In this document: piece after piece, positions 62,498 to 64,000 of the stretch | How positions within the stretch are numbered: position 1 is the stretch's first letter | How the letters are laid out: each line of letters opens with the position of its first letter | Assembly: GCA_951406725.2 (NCBI GenBank) | Contig: OX597824.1 | Location: 4,030,001-4,094,000 of the forward strand | DNA: 64,000 bases | Reading direction: 5' to 3' | Source: Octopus vulgaris | Lineage: Eukaryota | Program-made: the position numbers and the translations under genes | Notes under the pieces: model-generated | Databases searched by the model: none | What the model saw: the letters and a program-made list of their open reading frames with translations, nothing else | What the model was told of the DNA's origin: nothing

Positions 62498-64000
62498 ATA
62501 TATTGATAAGCAATGATATCATCATCTTCTCTCTGGAATTTAGTATCAGTCTGTCTTAATTCTGTACGGTAGACATGACAATCATAAAAGAGCCATTGGT
62601 GTATTTATCATGGTAACTTCTCCTGCTTTTGAATACATTTTATTTGATGATAAGATCACTTTCAATAGAATTCATCACAAACAATTTATGCGATAGAGAG
62701 AATGAAATATCGATAAAGTATCTGTAGTTGGATAAGAATCGGCAAATGTTTCTTCATTTTTAAACCTCTTTTATTGTCTGCACAAATCCTAAGATCTCTG
62801 TCCCTACTTTTTCACAGCCACAAAAGGAATGGCCCTTAAACTCCTTCAGAAAAAGGAACTCTTCTCAAGACCCTTTATTAATGTTTCTTCAGTTTCACTT
62901 TGATTAATGATTGAATGGGTTCTGGCAAAAGCTTGCTCTCCAAATAATAAGGCCTAATATTTCCTTTGGGGACAATGTTACCCTTAACATTTTTTAGTCT
63001 CCTAAACTGTGTTGGAGTTTCAATTGTTAAATTCTCAACATTCATCACCTTCAAATCAAGGAGACCCTATTTTTTCGTTTTGAAATTTAGCAGCAATAAC
63101 ATTCACAGCCTCCTCCACTCTTGTCTCACTTTCATTTAATGCATCAAACTTTATGAGTGATCCATCAAATTGTTTTAGTTTGCTATCAACACTTTCTTAA
63201 TTTTGGCTTCTTCAGAGTCAACCAGATATTCTAACACACTCTCTCTCTCCGCACCCATCTACATACACACACACACCCATAAATATACATCAATAGCAAT
63301 ACACACACACACACATATATACATGCACACATAAAAATACACATCAATATCAATACACACACACACACACACACATTTTGATGAAATAGAGAAATAGAAA
63401 TAGCCAAGAAAGAGCGAACTACAAAAGATATTAGATTTATAATATTTCAAGCAGCCATGGCGTTTGAACACCACTGGAGGCATTCTGCTGACCCTTCAGG
63501 CTCAGCTAACATAATTAGCGACATAATTAGCTCTTGCTACTAGTGTAAGGCTTCTCATCTAATTAAAGAATCAAGTGTGTGTGTATGTATATATGGTGAG
63601 GTAGGCGATGCAGTGTTGAACCATCATTTCAAGAGCTGTGGACTTACATCAAATGCACGTATCCGTTCTTATCTTCTGTCTCTGAGCATCACACTTATTT
63701 CTGCATTGTTTAGGTGACCTTAGCCGTAAGAAATAAGTCCGAGATCTTCCAAGACATTCCCTTCATAACTACACAGTTATCAGGTTCAAGTGACTTAGTT
63801 ATGAGTCTGAGTTCTTTAAAAAGTTCACTTTACAAGTAGTACATAATTTTGAGGTTCTGGCTATGAGAAATCAGTCCTCGAGATTCACCTTGCCATGGTG
63901 ACACTGTGTGGCCCCTTAAACAAACATCATCTGCCATAGTCTTGCAATGACCTCAGCCTTGCGAAGGAAATTTATTTTATGAGAAACTGTGTGGAAGACT

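Larger units (their letters stand above)
60345..63232 (-). pseudogene. Decayed Gypsy pol remnant (protease, RT, integrase) with nested insertions
   Basis: IWLTLKKPKLRK..SKLKQFDGSLI (protease), DLRICAD and INTPMALL*LSCLPY (RT), ATRNQLKLKSCW and HMDQAYL (integrase). Confidence 0.75.

Overview
AT-rich eukaryotic DNA, very dense in microsatellites and transposon remnants. The SINE and LINE repertoire points to a coleoid cephalopod, probably Octopus (inference from recognised repeat families). No intact host protein-coding gene can be supported. Most ORF-track entries are microsatellite translations; the rest are broken transposon proteins. The window is probably a long intron or intergenic region. 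It contains RTE LINE fragments, R4/Dong-like LINEs inserted in (TAA)n, three decayed Gypsy remnants, mariner, maT, hAT and piggyBac-type DNA elements, a Helitron, Helentron-like elements and several tRNA-derived SINE families. The most interesting layer is RNA structure: at least eight hammerhead-ribozyme (HHR) cores of the minimal Penelope-like type. One family of about 235 bp (3 copies) fuses a tRNA-like Pol III promoter to an (AAT)n linker and an HHR, and one copy has a perfect 13-bp target-site duplication. The HHR families carry different palindromic helix III sequences, one has a non-canonical CUGUCGA core, and three lie in fold-back hairpins. There are also two apparent locally templated insertions and a few weak micro-exon or recursive-splice candidates on the + strand. 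Repeat boundaries were read by eye and are approximate unless a TSD is quoted.
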